Positions 46,354 through 60,377 of a DNA stretch of 64,000 nt are shown in pieces. This DNA is from the human T2T-CHM13v2.0 reference genome, Homo sapiens. Position 1 is the first letter of the stretch, and each line of letters starts with the position of its first letter. The notes beneath the pieces were generated by a model. It saw nothing but the letters and a program-made list of their open reading frames with translations, searched no databases and was not told where the DNA came from. Position numbers and translations under genes: made by a program. The stretch is taken from NCBI RefSeq assembly GCF_009914755.1, contig NC_060925.1. One strand, written 5' to 3'.

Positions 46354-49300
46354 ATACACATTAAGTTTTTCACACAAATTCTTAAGGGCAGATATTACTA
46401 AATGCCATTAGAAAAAAAGGAAACCTTTTATCAAGCATTTTTTAAAAATGCTTCTACATTTCTTATTTATAGGTATTCTAATAATACTGCGTGACATTAC
46501 GGACAACTTAGCCTAAATTATGGAAAATCAAATTATTTAGTAGAACTGCAAGACAATCCTCTCAGTTGTTGTAGTAAGTGTTGCTATAAACATTTAAAAC
46601 AGCAAAAAAATACCAAATACCTGCACAGTATGTATGATAAATACATATGATAAAGTAAAAAAAAAAATAGCACACACTGAAAGAAAGCCAACAGAAGAGG
46701 GCACTGGGCATGGGCCAGGGAGGGCAAGAATTGGGGTGGGGACATGGAGGAGCCCAATCCAAGGCAAGACACAGGTTCAGGCTTTACCACAGTCACAAAG
46801 GCTGCTTCTTGTTTTTGTTTTTAGCAGAAGGTAAGCATGAGCAAATTACTTTTTAGAGGTAACTTTGCTGAACTTGTGAAGAATGGTGTGCAAGGTCCAG
46901 AGCGACTGCAGGAGAGGGAAGGTGGGATTCCCACAGAGCAGGAGCACAGATGAGCCAAGCAAGGCCCTGCTTGGAAGGCAGCAATCAACAGAGATGCACA
47001 GACCTGTGAGGGTGCCGGGACAGCCATGCAACAATGCAGCCCTTTTGCTTCCTAAGCTCACCAGTTCCCTCGCTCCACCTCTGAGAGGTGGTTTGGAGAA
47101 ACACAGCCCTTCTCAAGAGGGCTGCAAGGTAAGTTTAGTTGGTACATGAGTGCACAGCACATTTTAATTTTTATAGTTATGCATTTATTTTATATGTACT
47201 AGACAAACGACCGACAGAAAATTTACCATTTCACAGGTATTAGTGTTTAGGATGAGGCTAAAGTAGGTATTTCTGTTTAAAAAAGTAAATTTGAAGAAAA
47301 GCTACCCAGCAAATTATAGTAGTATGTGGTACACAGACAAAAAAAAAATTATGCAGTCGTCCAAATGACTGAAACTGATAAAATGCTGGTCCTGGTCTAT
47401 GGATTCCCCCTCTGACAAAGCACAGAATACTCGCACCTTCTCCAGAGTCAGTGACCAAAGATGAGAGAGCAGGGCACCCAGCACAGAAACCACCAGGAGC
47501 CAATGACTTCCTCCTGTGCTCCATCCTACTCTCTCACTCACACCAGGAATTAAATCCTTTTATGTAGACAGATGGTCAAGAATTGCTACTATAAAGCAAC
47601 TCAGTATGGTCTGAACTATCAGAGAGCTACATGGAGAAATAGCTACTGCTAAACAGACCTCTCTGCTGATGTTTTTCCCAGCTACTTAAGTCCTGAAAAT
47701 TTCCACAAGGCTGAGTCAAATCTGCGTTTCATCATCTATAAGAAAGGTACCTATCGAGAACACCCTGCTGGCCAGTGTGTAAATATCTAAAGGAGGACTC
47801 AGAAAACACCGGGGAAGTCCAGCCTGCACGTGGTGGCTGGGCTTCAGTGAAGCATGCAGCACAACAGGAGTTGTAAGTAGTAGTTACATCAGCAGCCCTG
47901 GAAATTCTGCTCAGAACCAAACTGAACAAATAACATTATCTAAGGCTTACAATTATTTAACTCCCTAAATTTTCTGTCCTCCCAGTAGCACTTTCAAATG
48001 CCTAAAAGCAATTAAAAGAAACATTTTTCCAATGTCTCACAGAACCATTAGAAACACAAAATTAATAGCTTCATAAACTATAGCTTCTATTTTATCCATA
48101 ATAGAATGAAGGTGCATAAACCACATAGTAATTAATCTTTGGACAAAAGCAAACAATAAATGGAATATATGGCTAAGATCCTTTCTTTTTGAGTGTGGCC
48201 CAAGATAAAAATTTCTTCCAAAAGGGTAACATTAATGCAATAAGGCTTTTGTGGAATTCTATTTTGTACGAAATTCCTGTTTTCTATTAGCTACTTCTTC
48301 CTCTGTGACACAAGCCTCATTCCTTGTGAAAAACACGAAGCAGAAAACATTCGTGAAATCATCAGGTAAAGATCCCATGACCGTTCTATCACTGACACAG
48401 TATGTAGGTACATGGTACAACCCCCAAGGGACCACCTTGTGGCATCCTCAGCAACCACAGAGCCACAGGGCAGATGAGTGTTTGCTCCCACTGAGGCTCT
48501 GCAACCTCTGCCACCAATACTGGAGAAATCCTCCAACCTCACTGTTTTCTCCTGAACTTGTTCCCTTCTGTTTTTCGATTAATACACAGCAAACAGGCAC
48601 ACCTTCAAGCTGCCAAAAGCATCTTAAACGTTGTACACTTACAATCTTCAAAATATAGTTGTTCAAAAGAGTCATCAAAGTAGTTTTTGAAATAGAACAC
48701 TTACTTTGACCACATAATTGAACCTTCGGATATCTTGAATTGCACTTGAGAAGTCTAACCGATTAAAGGCTTCTCCCAAGGTGCAATAGCCATGCCTCTG
48801 GAAGAGCAACACAGAATTTAAAATTAGTCAATTAGCCAAAAAGAATTGGCAGTTAATGTCAATTAATTGTGCGATTAAAAAAATTTTTGGCAAAGGACAA
48901 TTTGTTTTTATTTTGAAGACTGATTTTAGATTTAGATGAGAGTATAGTAAAATTGTAGCAATGCTAATAATTTAAGCTGTTTATGTATACCTGAGACACC
49001 ATTAACTGACATTTTTTACAACCTGCTGAAGTAATGACAAAGACAAATATTTATTAAATATCTTGCTGGTTTGTTTTGTTGGGGACAAACTGGGGTGTGG
49101 ACGACGTTAAAGCTAAGATCATAAAAAAACTGGATTCATTCTAGGCTACGCAACTAAAAATACATAAATCATCTGATTAACTGCATTGTAAGGATGTAGG
49201 TGTTACAAATATCTAGTTGAAACACAGGATTTCTCTGCAGGGGAGGCATGCACTGCCCGAGTTTGAAGTGTAACATGGGATTTCTCTCCAGAGCAGCCAT

Positions 49301-51109
49301 GCACTGCCCAGGCTGGAAGTATGCTCAACCACAAGGGTCAGGGCTGGGAGAGGCGCTTCGGTAGCAAGAAGGTGCCTCTGAAAACCAGCATTGGGATGGA
49401 GAGGGCTGAAGGCAAGTGCTGGATGTGACCACGGGCAGCTTTCAGGCTGGGAGCACGGATGCCAAGAACCCAAAACACCAAAAAAACTGGTGCTTAGACC
49501 CACAGGTCCAAGAACCGAAGGAAGAAAATGAAACAATTTATTTTCAGTACTGTAAACACTGCTGCTATTCTCTTAGATGTTTTTCTTCCATGATATACCC
49601 TTATCCTGTATTGGTTTGTATAGATTAGCACATTAGGTTTCAGAAGTCATTTTAAACTCCATCTTCATCCTCCATATTTGAAATATTTAAAATCTACAGA
49701 TTTTCAGGTCAAAGTTGTAGAGATAAGTAAGCTAGAAAACAATAATAGAAAACATGAGACGATTGGTCTCAAATTCCAAACAGGTGACTTGAGATGTCCT
49801 AGAGAAAGCAGCTGGAGCCATAGCACCTTTGTCTCTAACAGCCGATACACTCAGAGGCTCATGTGCTTCTGTGCGCCAACCCCAATCGCCCTGACGGGTG
49901 CACAACTCAACTAAATATACTCATTTAAAACATCCAAATATGTTGACTGAGTGCCTGCTATGTGGAAAACATTTTCCTGGGAACTCTGGGGAAAGGAAAC
50001 ACTCATTTTGATATAGATTATAATCTGAAATCCATCACAGCTGATATTCCACACGATGGTGTAGCAGACACTTTCCAAGGTCACCACCCATCTCACAAAA
50101 GGAAATTAAATCTGATTCACAGAGCAGACCACAAAGAGCATGTCTGGACCTAGAACCACAGCATGTAACCTCGGAAGCAGTGAGACACCAGCCAGCATGG
50201 ACAAGCAGCAGGCACTTGCTCTATACCAGGTGAGGGTGTGGAGACATGACGTGGTGCAGGGACACCAGCACCCAGTCCTAGTTCTGGTCCCTCTCAGCCT
50301 TGTTAGGTCCTGGTTCCTAAGATTCCAGGGAACATCCCCACAGCCTCACAATAAGATCCTCCTTTCCTGCATATGCTAGCTTGGATGGGATCCTCTGTTC
50401 TGTAATCAGTATGGCAACAGAGCAGATGAAATATTTAATGGTCTTTCATGAGCACTAAATTTTGTTTTTTACAAACTAGGTTAGATTCTGTCAAATAATC
50501 GTCTAATGGTGTATTTGAGTGTATATTAAGGATCTGATTCATTCTATACCCACTAACCATAACCAAACAGATTAAGTTTTCTTTCTCAGAATCTAATACT
50601 TCAGTTTCTTGGAAGCTGGACTAGTTTCAGAGCATCTACAAACATTTCTGGAATATTTAACTTACCCTGAAATAACAGACGATAGACAGTAATTCCCTAA
50701 ATTATTTTCCCCAGTTGTTGCAAAATAAAGCAAATGCAGAGTTTCTAGGACTATAAAAGGAACTCAACTTCCCGGATCCTAGTAAAGAAACAGGAAACAG
50801 CTTGAAGCTCTCTGGTTTGTTTTATGGCTCATGAAAAAGCTTTAGCCCAACTTGGCAAAAGAAAGGCAGGGAAAGAGTTCATATGGCTCTGCACAAACCC
50901 AACCCAATTACTAATTTCATGTTAGCCACTCTTTATGTGGAATGAGAGGGCTCACAGATGCCCTGCCCTCCAAAACACGCCACAGGGAGGACACATTCCC
51001 ATCAGCATCAGGGGTTCATGCTAACACAGAGAAAATGCGTATGACTGCAGGAGTCCATGCTTGGTTTAAATAGCCCTGCTGTTGACTCAGATATGTACAG
51101 GTAGGCAGG

Positions 51110-51300
51110 AACCACACACTGTACACATATACCACATGCCACCACACACCATACATCCCACAGACCAATGTGTGCATAAATACATGCACAACCATACATA
51201 CACACCATACATACAACACACATACACCATACACACAACACACACCAATGTGTGCACAAATACACAGCCACATACCACATGCACATGCAAGCACACACAA
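51110..51300. repeat. CA-rich low-complexity tract
   Basis: Degenerate (CA)n/(CACAT)n. Confidence 0.85.
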
Positions 51301-51965
51301 TGGAGAATCACTGCCTCAAAAGCTCCTCATATGCTATTATCTGTCAGAATGTGAACCATAGATCTGATATTGCAAAAGAAATGTGTTTTATGCAACTTTA
51401 TTAATACATTTATTTAATGTGACTCCATATTCAACAGAAACAATCCAAGATACTCTCTTATTTATAATAGAATACTTACTTCTTTTGTGCTTTCTTTATG
51501 GACATAGATCCATTTTTCATGATAAAAACCTAGAATAAAAATTACCTTTGTTTTTAAAATCTGGCAAATCATTTCAAAATGAAGATTTTAAAGGAATTTA
51601 AATAATTGGACATATTAACAAAATTATCTGACTTACTATATTGACAAGAAATGCTTTTACTTGGTTGAATGCAAACAGAATTGCTTTGTTTCTTAAATCA
51701 GTTTAAGATATGAACAATGATTTCAGACAGTACCAAGTCCTAGTAACTTAGAAGAAAATTAGTATTATTAATGACTGAAGCCATATGAAGACATAAATGA
51801 TTATAAAATGCAATTACATTACTACATTCTTATGTACCCTAATAAAAAGTTCTATTCTTCTGTTGCTGTGTATAGTACTCCATAGAAACAAATTTTTCAG
51901 ATAAATCTTAAAAGTTTCAAGAATCACACTAACTGTATTCTCCATGTGACCCTATCTTCTTCATA

Positions 51966-52497
51966 AAGTAGTCCCCCCGTATTCACAGTTTCATCTTCTA
52001 CAGTTTCAATTACCCACAGTCAGCTTTGGTTTGAAAACATTAAGTGGAAAATTCCAGAAATAAACCATTCATAAGTTTTAAATTGTGTGCCATTCTGGGT
52101 GGTGTCATGAAATCTCACACCGTCCTGCTCTGTCCTGCCTGGGATGCAAATCCTCCCTTTGTCAAGCGAGTCCTACACTACCCGCCCCTTGGTCACTCAG
52201 TAGCCGTCTTGGTTATCGGATCACCTGTTGAGATATCACAGTGCTTGTGTTTAAAGAACCCTTATTGCACTTCATAATAGCCCCAAAGTGCAAGAGCAGT
52301 GATGGTGGCCATCTTGCTATAACTGTTTCATTTTATTATTATTCTCGTTAATCTCTTACTGCACCTAATTTATAAATTAAACTTTATTATAAGTGTGTAT
52401 ATACAGAAAAAAAAACATAGTATCCATAAGGTTTGGTAGTATCCACAGTTTCAGGCATCCACTGGAGGTCTATCCCCTGAGGTAAGGAAGCCTACTA
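51966..52497 (+). mobile_element. MER44 (Tigger7-family) DNA transposon
   Basis: gtagtcccccc.tat..c, ggaaaattccagaaataaac, and 3' ggtttggtagtatccacagtttcaggcatccactgg. Confidence 0.85.
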
Positions 52498-55039
52498 TAC
52501 ATTAACATGTGTCTTGGTAACTCACAGATATGCTGCATGATAGAACGCTATGCCCTCTCACAGATAGGTCCCACCTCCAGCCTTCCCCTGCTGCCATCTA
52601 ACATCCTAAACTCCAGCTCTGAATGTCTGTCTCCTGCTCTGAATCTTCAGTGACTTCGAAACTCAAGTCAGGACACCTCTCAGTTTGGCCTCACTGCTCA
52701 AGATTGAGCTGAATTCATGACCATAATTCAAGCATTCAGATTCATGGGCTGTTTTGTGGGTTTTGCTATCTCTTATTTTGTTTTTGCACATCTTACCCAC
52801 TGAAACGTTGGGCTGCAAAAAGTTTGATCACTAAATATGTAGGCAATGCTGGATACTGGGCTGTTATTTACATATTTGTATCACCTTTTATTTCATAAGA
52901 TAGCATTGTCAGAGTAATTTAGTATTTCAACATAATCAACAAGTAAAATAAAATTAATGAGAATGATCTTACTTTGAGTATTTGTGTCATTTCTAAAATG
53001 GTCCTTTTTCCTTTTTTTGGATGCATATTCATGCTCTTCATTATTGACTATTTCTCCATCTTCACTATTTAAGATACTGAAATAAAGACATATTCTATTA
53101 AAATATTTTTTCAGGGAGATCTTCATTTGGCTTTTCTTTTGTAAAAGGATACAAATACTTCAAAGTGACAGACTGTGGGCTTGAAATCACAGGGGTAATG
53201 TCTAATACATTTTTGTTTCATTTTGAGAAATAAGATGTATCCTGGTTCTTTGAGAATATTGTACCAGAAAGTGCTGAACATGTTTTAGAATCTCTGAAGG
53301 GTCTTGATATGCTTATCCAAGGTAGTTTCAAACATCAAAATGGCTTATTAAAACAGAGATTTTTTTAAAAAACAACTATTAAAACTCCAGAAAAAAGATG
53401 GTAAGAACATGATGATACCCAATACTGACCAATGACTTGATGTGTCCCTTACCCCATGCTGAGTAACCACTCAACATTTCTGTTTACTCCCTATATGTTT
53501 AAGGGTTTAACTGAAGTTAATTATTACTGCACTGAACATGTTTTTATTAAGCACCAACCACATACACTGTTAACACATTTAACTGGAACCAGGTGAAGTG
53601 ACATGTATATTTTTACTATTTAAATACGTTTAATTAAAAGCTGTTCTTTGTGAAACAAGAAAATCAAATCATAAGGCAATAACTAAACAATGGGAACACC
53701 TTTTACTTTTTAAAAAAATGTCTTCCTTACAGAAAAAAAAAACCTGTAAATAGTAATCCACATCCTCAAAACTAAAGATGTGTAAAATTTTTATTTTCCA
53801 CACACTGATAACAGATTTTCAGTGTAAAGTGAGGAAGGAAGCTCTGTGGAGACAAGCTGGTTGGTGGAGGCATGCAAGAGTGGTGCTCAAATCCAAGGAA
53901 CTAAAATTGCTTATTTGCCGGTCATCGTTCTTTGACAAGAAAATTGTATACAAGCCCCTTTCCACTCACCACTATTCACTTTTAGTAAAAAACAGCTGAC
54001 TTTGCCAAATGAGTCACTTTCTCACTGTCAGAACAGACTTAAACAGCAGTGCCAACAGTTGTAAATCATCAAGACAAGCAAAGCACATTTGAAAAACATA
54101 CAAACAACTGAACTTTTTGTGGCAGACATTATAACAGCAATTTATGGAAATGTGTTGATTTATGGAAATGTGTTTGTATTTTATATTTAGTCTTACACCA
54201 GTTTGTTATCATTGATTGAAATACTGAATGTAGAAGCTTTAGAATCTAAAAGGGTTTTCTAACGAAAATTACAAACATATCAAAGGAAAAGCACAAATAC
54301 AATGTTCTCCAGAAATAGTGTCGCAGAAATAAAGACAGAATATGGAAGGAGACAGGATTGCTGACTAATCTCATATGTACAGGGAGAACGACACTCCATG
54401 CAGCTTAGCTCCAACATGTGAGCGTGGGACAGAAAAGCAAGGTGAACCTAAAGACATCCCATGGACACACTGAGCTGGAACCAACTCTGCCCATAGGTGG
54501 TGGGGCCAGGTTCAGATGCTTGCAGTAACCGCATCCTCCTGTGAATCTGGGTCTACATGGCTGTGGCTCCCTGGGGGCTACCCACACTGTGGATTCCACA
54601 GGTGGAGGTGACCTTCTTGGGCACTGCTGGGACACTTCCTGGGCCTGCCTGGGCAGTGGTAGGGCTCAGAGAACTTCAGCGTTAGGGCCTTGGGGAGTCT
54701 ATGTCAGACTTGAGGACCAAGCCTGGGCTCACAAATGACAACTAGGCTACTATTTTTACAAAGTATTTTAAATGGGGAAAAAGCCATTATTTTTTGGTTG
54801 TGGGTTTTACACTGTCAGGTAAACAAAAATGTACAAGTAGAGAAGAAAGATGAATGCTTCTGAAATTTAAATTTGACACATTAAAATGTTAATAAAGGAG
54901 TATTTAATTTATAAATCTTTCTATTCTGCATGTGTCAACTACATTTCATAGCAATCAACTACATGTCATAGCAAACATGTTCTCTTTTTATAACCTTCAA
55001 GACAAACATCACCTACTCTGACTTAAAAACAAGGGAACC

Positions 55040-55920
55040 TGTCCAACAACTTGATTAAAAAATGTCAAACAACTTCAACAGACACTTCTCCAAAGAAGAG
55101 ACACAGCAGCCAACAAGCCCATGAAAAGATGCTCCACATCACGAATTGTTAGGTAAATGCAAATTAACACTACAATGAGATACTACCTCACGCTCATTAT
55201 GAGGCTACTGGCAAATTAAAAAAAAAAAAAGAAAGTTTAACAAGTATTGACATGGATGTGGGGAAACTGGATCCTTCGTGCAATGTTGGTGGAAATGGAG
55301 GATGGTATAGCTACTATAGGAAACAGTATGGAGGTTCTTCAAAAAATTAAACACAGAATTACCATATGATCCAGCAATTCCACTTCTGGGTATATATTCA
55401 AAAGAACTGAAAGCAGAGAATGAAAGATACTTGTATACCCACATTCATAGCAGTATTACTTGCAACAGATAAACATGGAAGCAACCCACATGTCCATCAG
55501 TGGATGAATAGATAAGCAAAATGTGGTGTACACTATACACAATATGGAATATTATTCAGTCTGAAAAAGGAAATGCTGACACATGCTACAATAGGGCTGA
55601 AACTTGAGGACGTTACGCTGAGATAAGACAGTCACAAAAGGACACATACTGTCTGATTTGACTTATGTGAGGTACTCAGAAAAGTCAAATCATACAGACA
55701 GAAAACAGAAAGCCAGTTACCAGGTCTGGGGGTGCTGGAGAATGAAAAGTTAGCGTTTAATGGGGACAGAGTTTCAGTGTGGGAAGATGTAAAAGTTCTA
55801 GAGAAGGATGGTGGTAATGGTTGCACAATAATGTGAATGTACTTAACACCACTGAACTGTACATTTAAAAATGGTTAGGAAGGCAATTTTATGTTATGTG
55901 TATTTTGCTGCAATTAAAGA
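55040..55920 (+). mobile_element. L1MB-like 3' fragment
   Basis: ORF2 end and 3'UTR motifs (gatccagcaattccacttctgggtatatattc, gtgaatgtacttaacaccactgaactgtac). Confidence 0.88.
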
Positions 55921-56789
55921 TAAACAGTGTGCAAGAGAGGAGAGGAAGTAGCAGCTTGTCTTGTTCATGCTGTCTGAGGTGCATGTCGGAGGGATGGGGT
56001 GGGGGCGGGAAGTGTTAAAAACAAAGAATAGAACGTTATACAACACAAGCGGAAAACACAGGGCACAAACGCACTTGTATAAAACACAGAGTTTCCATAA
56101 ACTTAAAACATGTCTGAATGATGGAGCTAACAGCCCTTAACTCCCCACACCCAGGCTGCACCACAGCATATGTCACCCCCTTGCTTGCAAATGTGCCCAA
56201 AAGGCAATGACATTCCAAGTTTCCTCTGACAAGCCCAAGGACAGGGCATGAGTTTTCCAAGTTCCTTTCCATTCAAGAAAAGGAAGAGAAGAGAATAGAG
56301 AAGAATCAACAAAACAACTCCAAATAGAAGTAAACGAGAGCCAAGAACGGAACTATTTCTCATAATTAAACCCCAATTTCTATAAATTACAATCCTCATT
56401 CTATTGATGACCTATAATAAGATTTGCATTTTCCTCTGATGGTATTTCCCTTAAGAGATGGATAACAAGGTCTTAATCTTCATCTCCCAGACCACTCTAG
56501 GGTTCTAAGCACAGGCTTTACAGAAATGTGCTGTTATGGGCCATCATCTTCAAATCATTTCCACACAAGTCTAGGAAAATAAGACAGGCTAGGATAAGCC
56601 TCCAGTTTTTAAAATTGCTAATCAAGGGCATCAGTTCTTAACTATATTGCTGTAAGATATGTCACAAAACTTTTGTTACCAGTAAGAAAAATGACCAACA
56701 TTTGTGAATGATTTAATTTTTAATAATTATTAAAGTACTACACTACACATAATAAAAAATAATACATACTCATAAACTCAACTTCCCTG

Positions 56790-56918
56790 AGTTGCCAGTA
56801 GGAAGCAACCCTGCCGAGCCCTTGATTTTGGATTTCTGGCCTCCAGAATTGTGAGGACATACATTTCTGTGGTTTTAAGCCACTGAGTTTGTGGTTATGG
56901 AATCCCAGAAAATGAATA
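56790..56918 (+). mobile_element. MLT1 3' fragment
   Basis: ccttgattttgg..ttctggcctccagaattgtgag..tacatttctg..gttttaagccact. Confidence 0.75.
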
Positions 56919-57455
56919 AAAGTATCTATCTTTTCAAGCTACTTCAGTTTGATATTGATTATGAAAGGTACATATATGCTATCAAACAGAAGAGACTTTA
57001 GGGAGAAAAAATCTCGCATAAATGCAACAAGTTGCCATGACTCTAAGTGCCAAGGTCATATAACATGCAGACTGTGATAATTTCACCAAAACCAAAACAA
57101 AGTGGAACAAATCCTCAAACACAGTTGCTGATAATTCCCACCCTGGCCTCCTCTGACATTTCCTTTCGATCAATTTGGCTGCACCTCTTCTGTCAAGCAG
57201 GAGCTGGAGGACATTTTGGTCAGCTCCTCCCCGGAAGGGAGCTACGATCTCTGCTCTAACAATCCCCAGTTGTTGTCTTAAGTTAGACTGTGTTCATCAA
57301 TGGCTACCTACTAAACTTAGCTTTTTATCTGTACATTTTCCAATCAGGTCGTATTATTTTCTCCTGGTAGGCAAATGTTTACATTTATCCATTTTCCTGA
57401 TATAAAGCTACTTCGTATCAGTGTGTTATTAGTCTCTAATTATAAGAAGATAATC

Positions 57456-57653
57456 CAGAAGAGAAAGTCCAGTCAATTTTATATAAGTTAAAAAAAAGAT
57501 GTGAAACCTATTTTCAGAATTAACATTTCCTTCCTAAATATCTAACACAACACACAGAAGAGAAAGTCCAGTCAATTTTATATAAGTTAAAAAAAAGATG
57601 TGAAACCTATTTTCAGAATTAACATTTCCTTCCTAAATATCTAACACGACACA
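57456..57653. repeat. 99-bp tandem duplication (2 copies)
   Basis: 57456-57554 versus 57555-57653, with one mismatch seen. Confidence 0.95.
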
Positions 57654-58699
57654 CTTACGGACTCTTAACACACCCTTCTCACATGAAGGGAGCAGCAGAG
57701 CAGAGGGCGGCAAGAGCACCAAGGCCAGGTGGAGCCACAGCCAATGTGGGCCCATCTCACTCCACAGGGAGAAGCAACTGCACTGTGCACAGAGTGCAAT
57801 CTGGCAGAAGGGAAACGCCGTCTTAAAGAGCTTCAGATGCAGCAACCTTGAGGAAGGGCTGTGCCAGAAAGTCCACCAGATGAGGCCGCAAACCTATCAA
57901 AGGGCATCAGACACTCTGTGCACAGGGTACACAAAACAATGCCTCCCACATTCTGTGACTTCCTGCGCGTGCCACTTGGACCACCACACTCCCTACCTGC
58001 ACCATCTTACCTGGACAGACTAAATCTCAGCCACCTCATGACTAGGATATTAACATGGCTTCCAGTTCTATAAATTCCTCCCCCTTAAGAATGCATGTCT
58101 GTAAAATCAGAAATGATGAAAACTGGACTCGTGAGTGGCTTTGTAGTAGGGATTACAGGTCCAGAATAGAATAGGTTCAGTAACATATTTAAGATATTTA
58201 AGGGAAAAAATATAAGCCAAAGATTTAACATCTAAATAGTGACTATCAAGGGTAAAAGTCACACATATTTTTTATGAGTACACACAAACACAGGAAGTAC
58301 GGTGACCAGGAGCTGAGGGATGACCCACTAAAGAATAAGCTCCGGAAACCAAAATGACTAGAGGCAGATGCAAAGGTGAGCTGCAGGTGGTCTGTATTTA
58401 TCTGTGGAGCTGCTGGCACATGACGGTGATAAAAGTGCAGCATGCCATGGTTACCAGCTTGGACAATGCAGACAAAGAACAACCACCAGAGAAGTGGTAG
58501 GGGCGGGCAGAAGATGTGCAGGGGCCAACTGGGACTGGGGTGTCCATCAGCTAACTGCAGTATCAGGTACTATGGGGAGCCAACCAAAGAAACTAAGTGT
58601 TTGCTATAAAGGCATTAGGATAAAAGTGGAAAAAAAAGAGGAAGAAAGCCCTCTTAAATACCAAAAGGGTAAAAGCAAATAAAATAGAACAAGGTGGTT

Positions 58700-60298
58700 C
58701 CCTGTTATCTGTGATGTAAAAAATGGACTTGGCTCACCTATTAAATGGAAAACAGTCTTGGATTGGCTCACAAAGCAAAATCAAACACCATACTGCATAT
58801 AAGATATACAGCTATAAAAGGCTGGGAAAATATATAGAGAATTTATAGGACTCAGAAAAAAAGTAACTGTCACAGGAAACTTTATAGCATTAAATACCTA
58901 TATCAATACAAATTTAAATAATAAAAATAAATTATTTAAACATATAACTGAAAAAGCCAGAAAAAGAAAAAGTGAACCAAAAGAAAGGGGTGAATTATTA
59001 CAAATAAAAGCAGATATTATTAAGTAGAAAAAGAATAGAACTAAGAAGTAAATCCAAAAGCTGGCTCTCAAGAGAAAATAATCAACCAAAACAAACCACT
59101 AGGTATCTGATTAGAAAAAAAAAAAAAATAAGAAAGTTACAAGTGCTAACAGAAGAAAATTTAAACATTGTAAAAGATAAGGAAAAGAAAGAGATAGAGA
59201 GAAAAACGTGTAGATTAAAAGAGACTTTAAAAACATATCAAATTTTAAGAATAAAACAACACTAAACTATAGTGTCTAGGGATATACACTTGGTGATAAA
59301 ACTATAAAGATTAGGGAAATGATTACCATAAGAGTTTGGGAAGTGGTTATTTTTGGGGAGAGGAAGTAGGTTATAATAGAAACGGGACATGTGGTGGGCG
59401 CTTCTGGGATGATTGATAAAGTTCTATTCCTTGACCTGGGTGTGGTTACAAGGATGTTTCCTTTATAAAAATGAAGAAAAACATTAAAAAATCATTACAG
59501 GCAACTTTATAAAACTCTTTGCAGTAAGTTAGAAGTAGATGAAACATTTTTTAAAAATATTAAATTTAATGCTATTCCAATACAAAATCAAGTTTTTTTC
59601 TTAGAGCTAAACAAGTTAATTATAAAATGCATTTAAGAACAAGAAGAAACTATCCTAAAATTCATATGGAATGAAAAGAGAGCCCAAATAGCCAAAGCAA
59701 TCCTAAGCAAAAAGAACAAAGCCAGAGGCATCACACTACTCAACTTCAAACTATACTATACAGCCCCAGTAACCAAAACAGCTTCTGTACTGGTACAAAA
59801 ACAGACTCATAGACCAATGAACAGAACAGAAAACTCAGAAATAAAGCCACACACCTACAACCATCCAATCTTTGACAAGGCCAGCAAAAGCAGCAGTGGA
59901 AAAAGACCATACTATTCAATATATGGTGTTGGAATAACTGGCTAGCCACATACAGAAGACTGAAGCCAGACCCCTACCTTTCACCATATACAAAAATTAA
60001 CTCAAAATATATTAAAGATTTCAATGTAAGACCTCAAACTGTAAGATCCTGGAAGATAACCTAGGAAATACTCTTCTTGACGTTGGCCTTGGCAAAGAAT
60101 TTTTGGCTAAGTTCCCAAAAACGATTGCAACAAAACAAAATTGGCAAGTAGAATTTAACTAAATGAAAGAGCTTCTGCACAGCAAGAGAAACGTTTGACA
60201 GAGAATACAGACAACCTACTGAATGAGAGAAACTATTTGCAAACTATGCATCTGACAAAGGCCTAATATCCAGAATCTACAGGGAACTTATGCAAAAA
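58700..60298 (+). mobile_element. L1 fragments (old L1M, then L1PB/MA-like ORF2 piece)
   Basis: aaaattcatatggaa..atagccaaagcaatcctaagcaaaaagaacaaagc and other ORF2 motifs. Confidence 0.82.
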
Positions 60299-60377
60299 AC
60301 GTTCACTTTCTGTCTGTGTTCACGTCACCAAGAGAATAGAAAGGAAAAGGGAAGAATGCAAAAGTCAAAGACACGTC

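Larger units (their letters stand above)
48705..53076 (-). pseudogene. Unprocessed partial FBXO25 duplicate (three internal exons)
   Basis: Exons 52973-53076 (ILNSEDGEIVNNEEHEYASKKRKKDHFRNDTNTQ), 51480-51529 (SFYHEKWIYVHKESTKE) and 48705-48797 ([31 protein letters not shown]). All are AG/GT-bounded and match the remembered FBXO25 N-terminal region. No start exon or F-box exons found. Confidence 0.92.
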
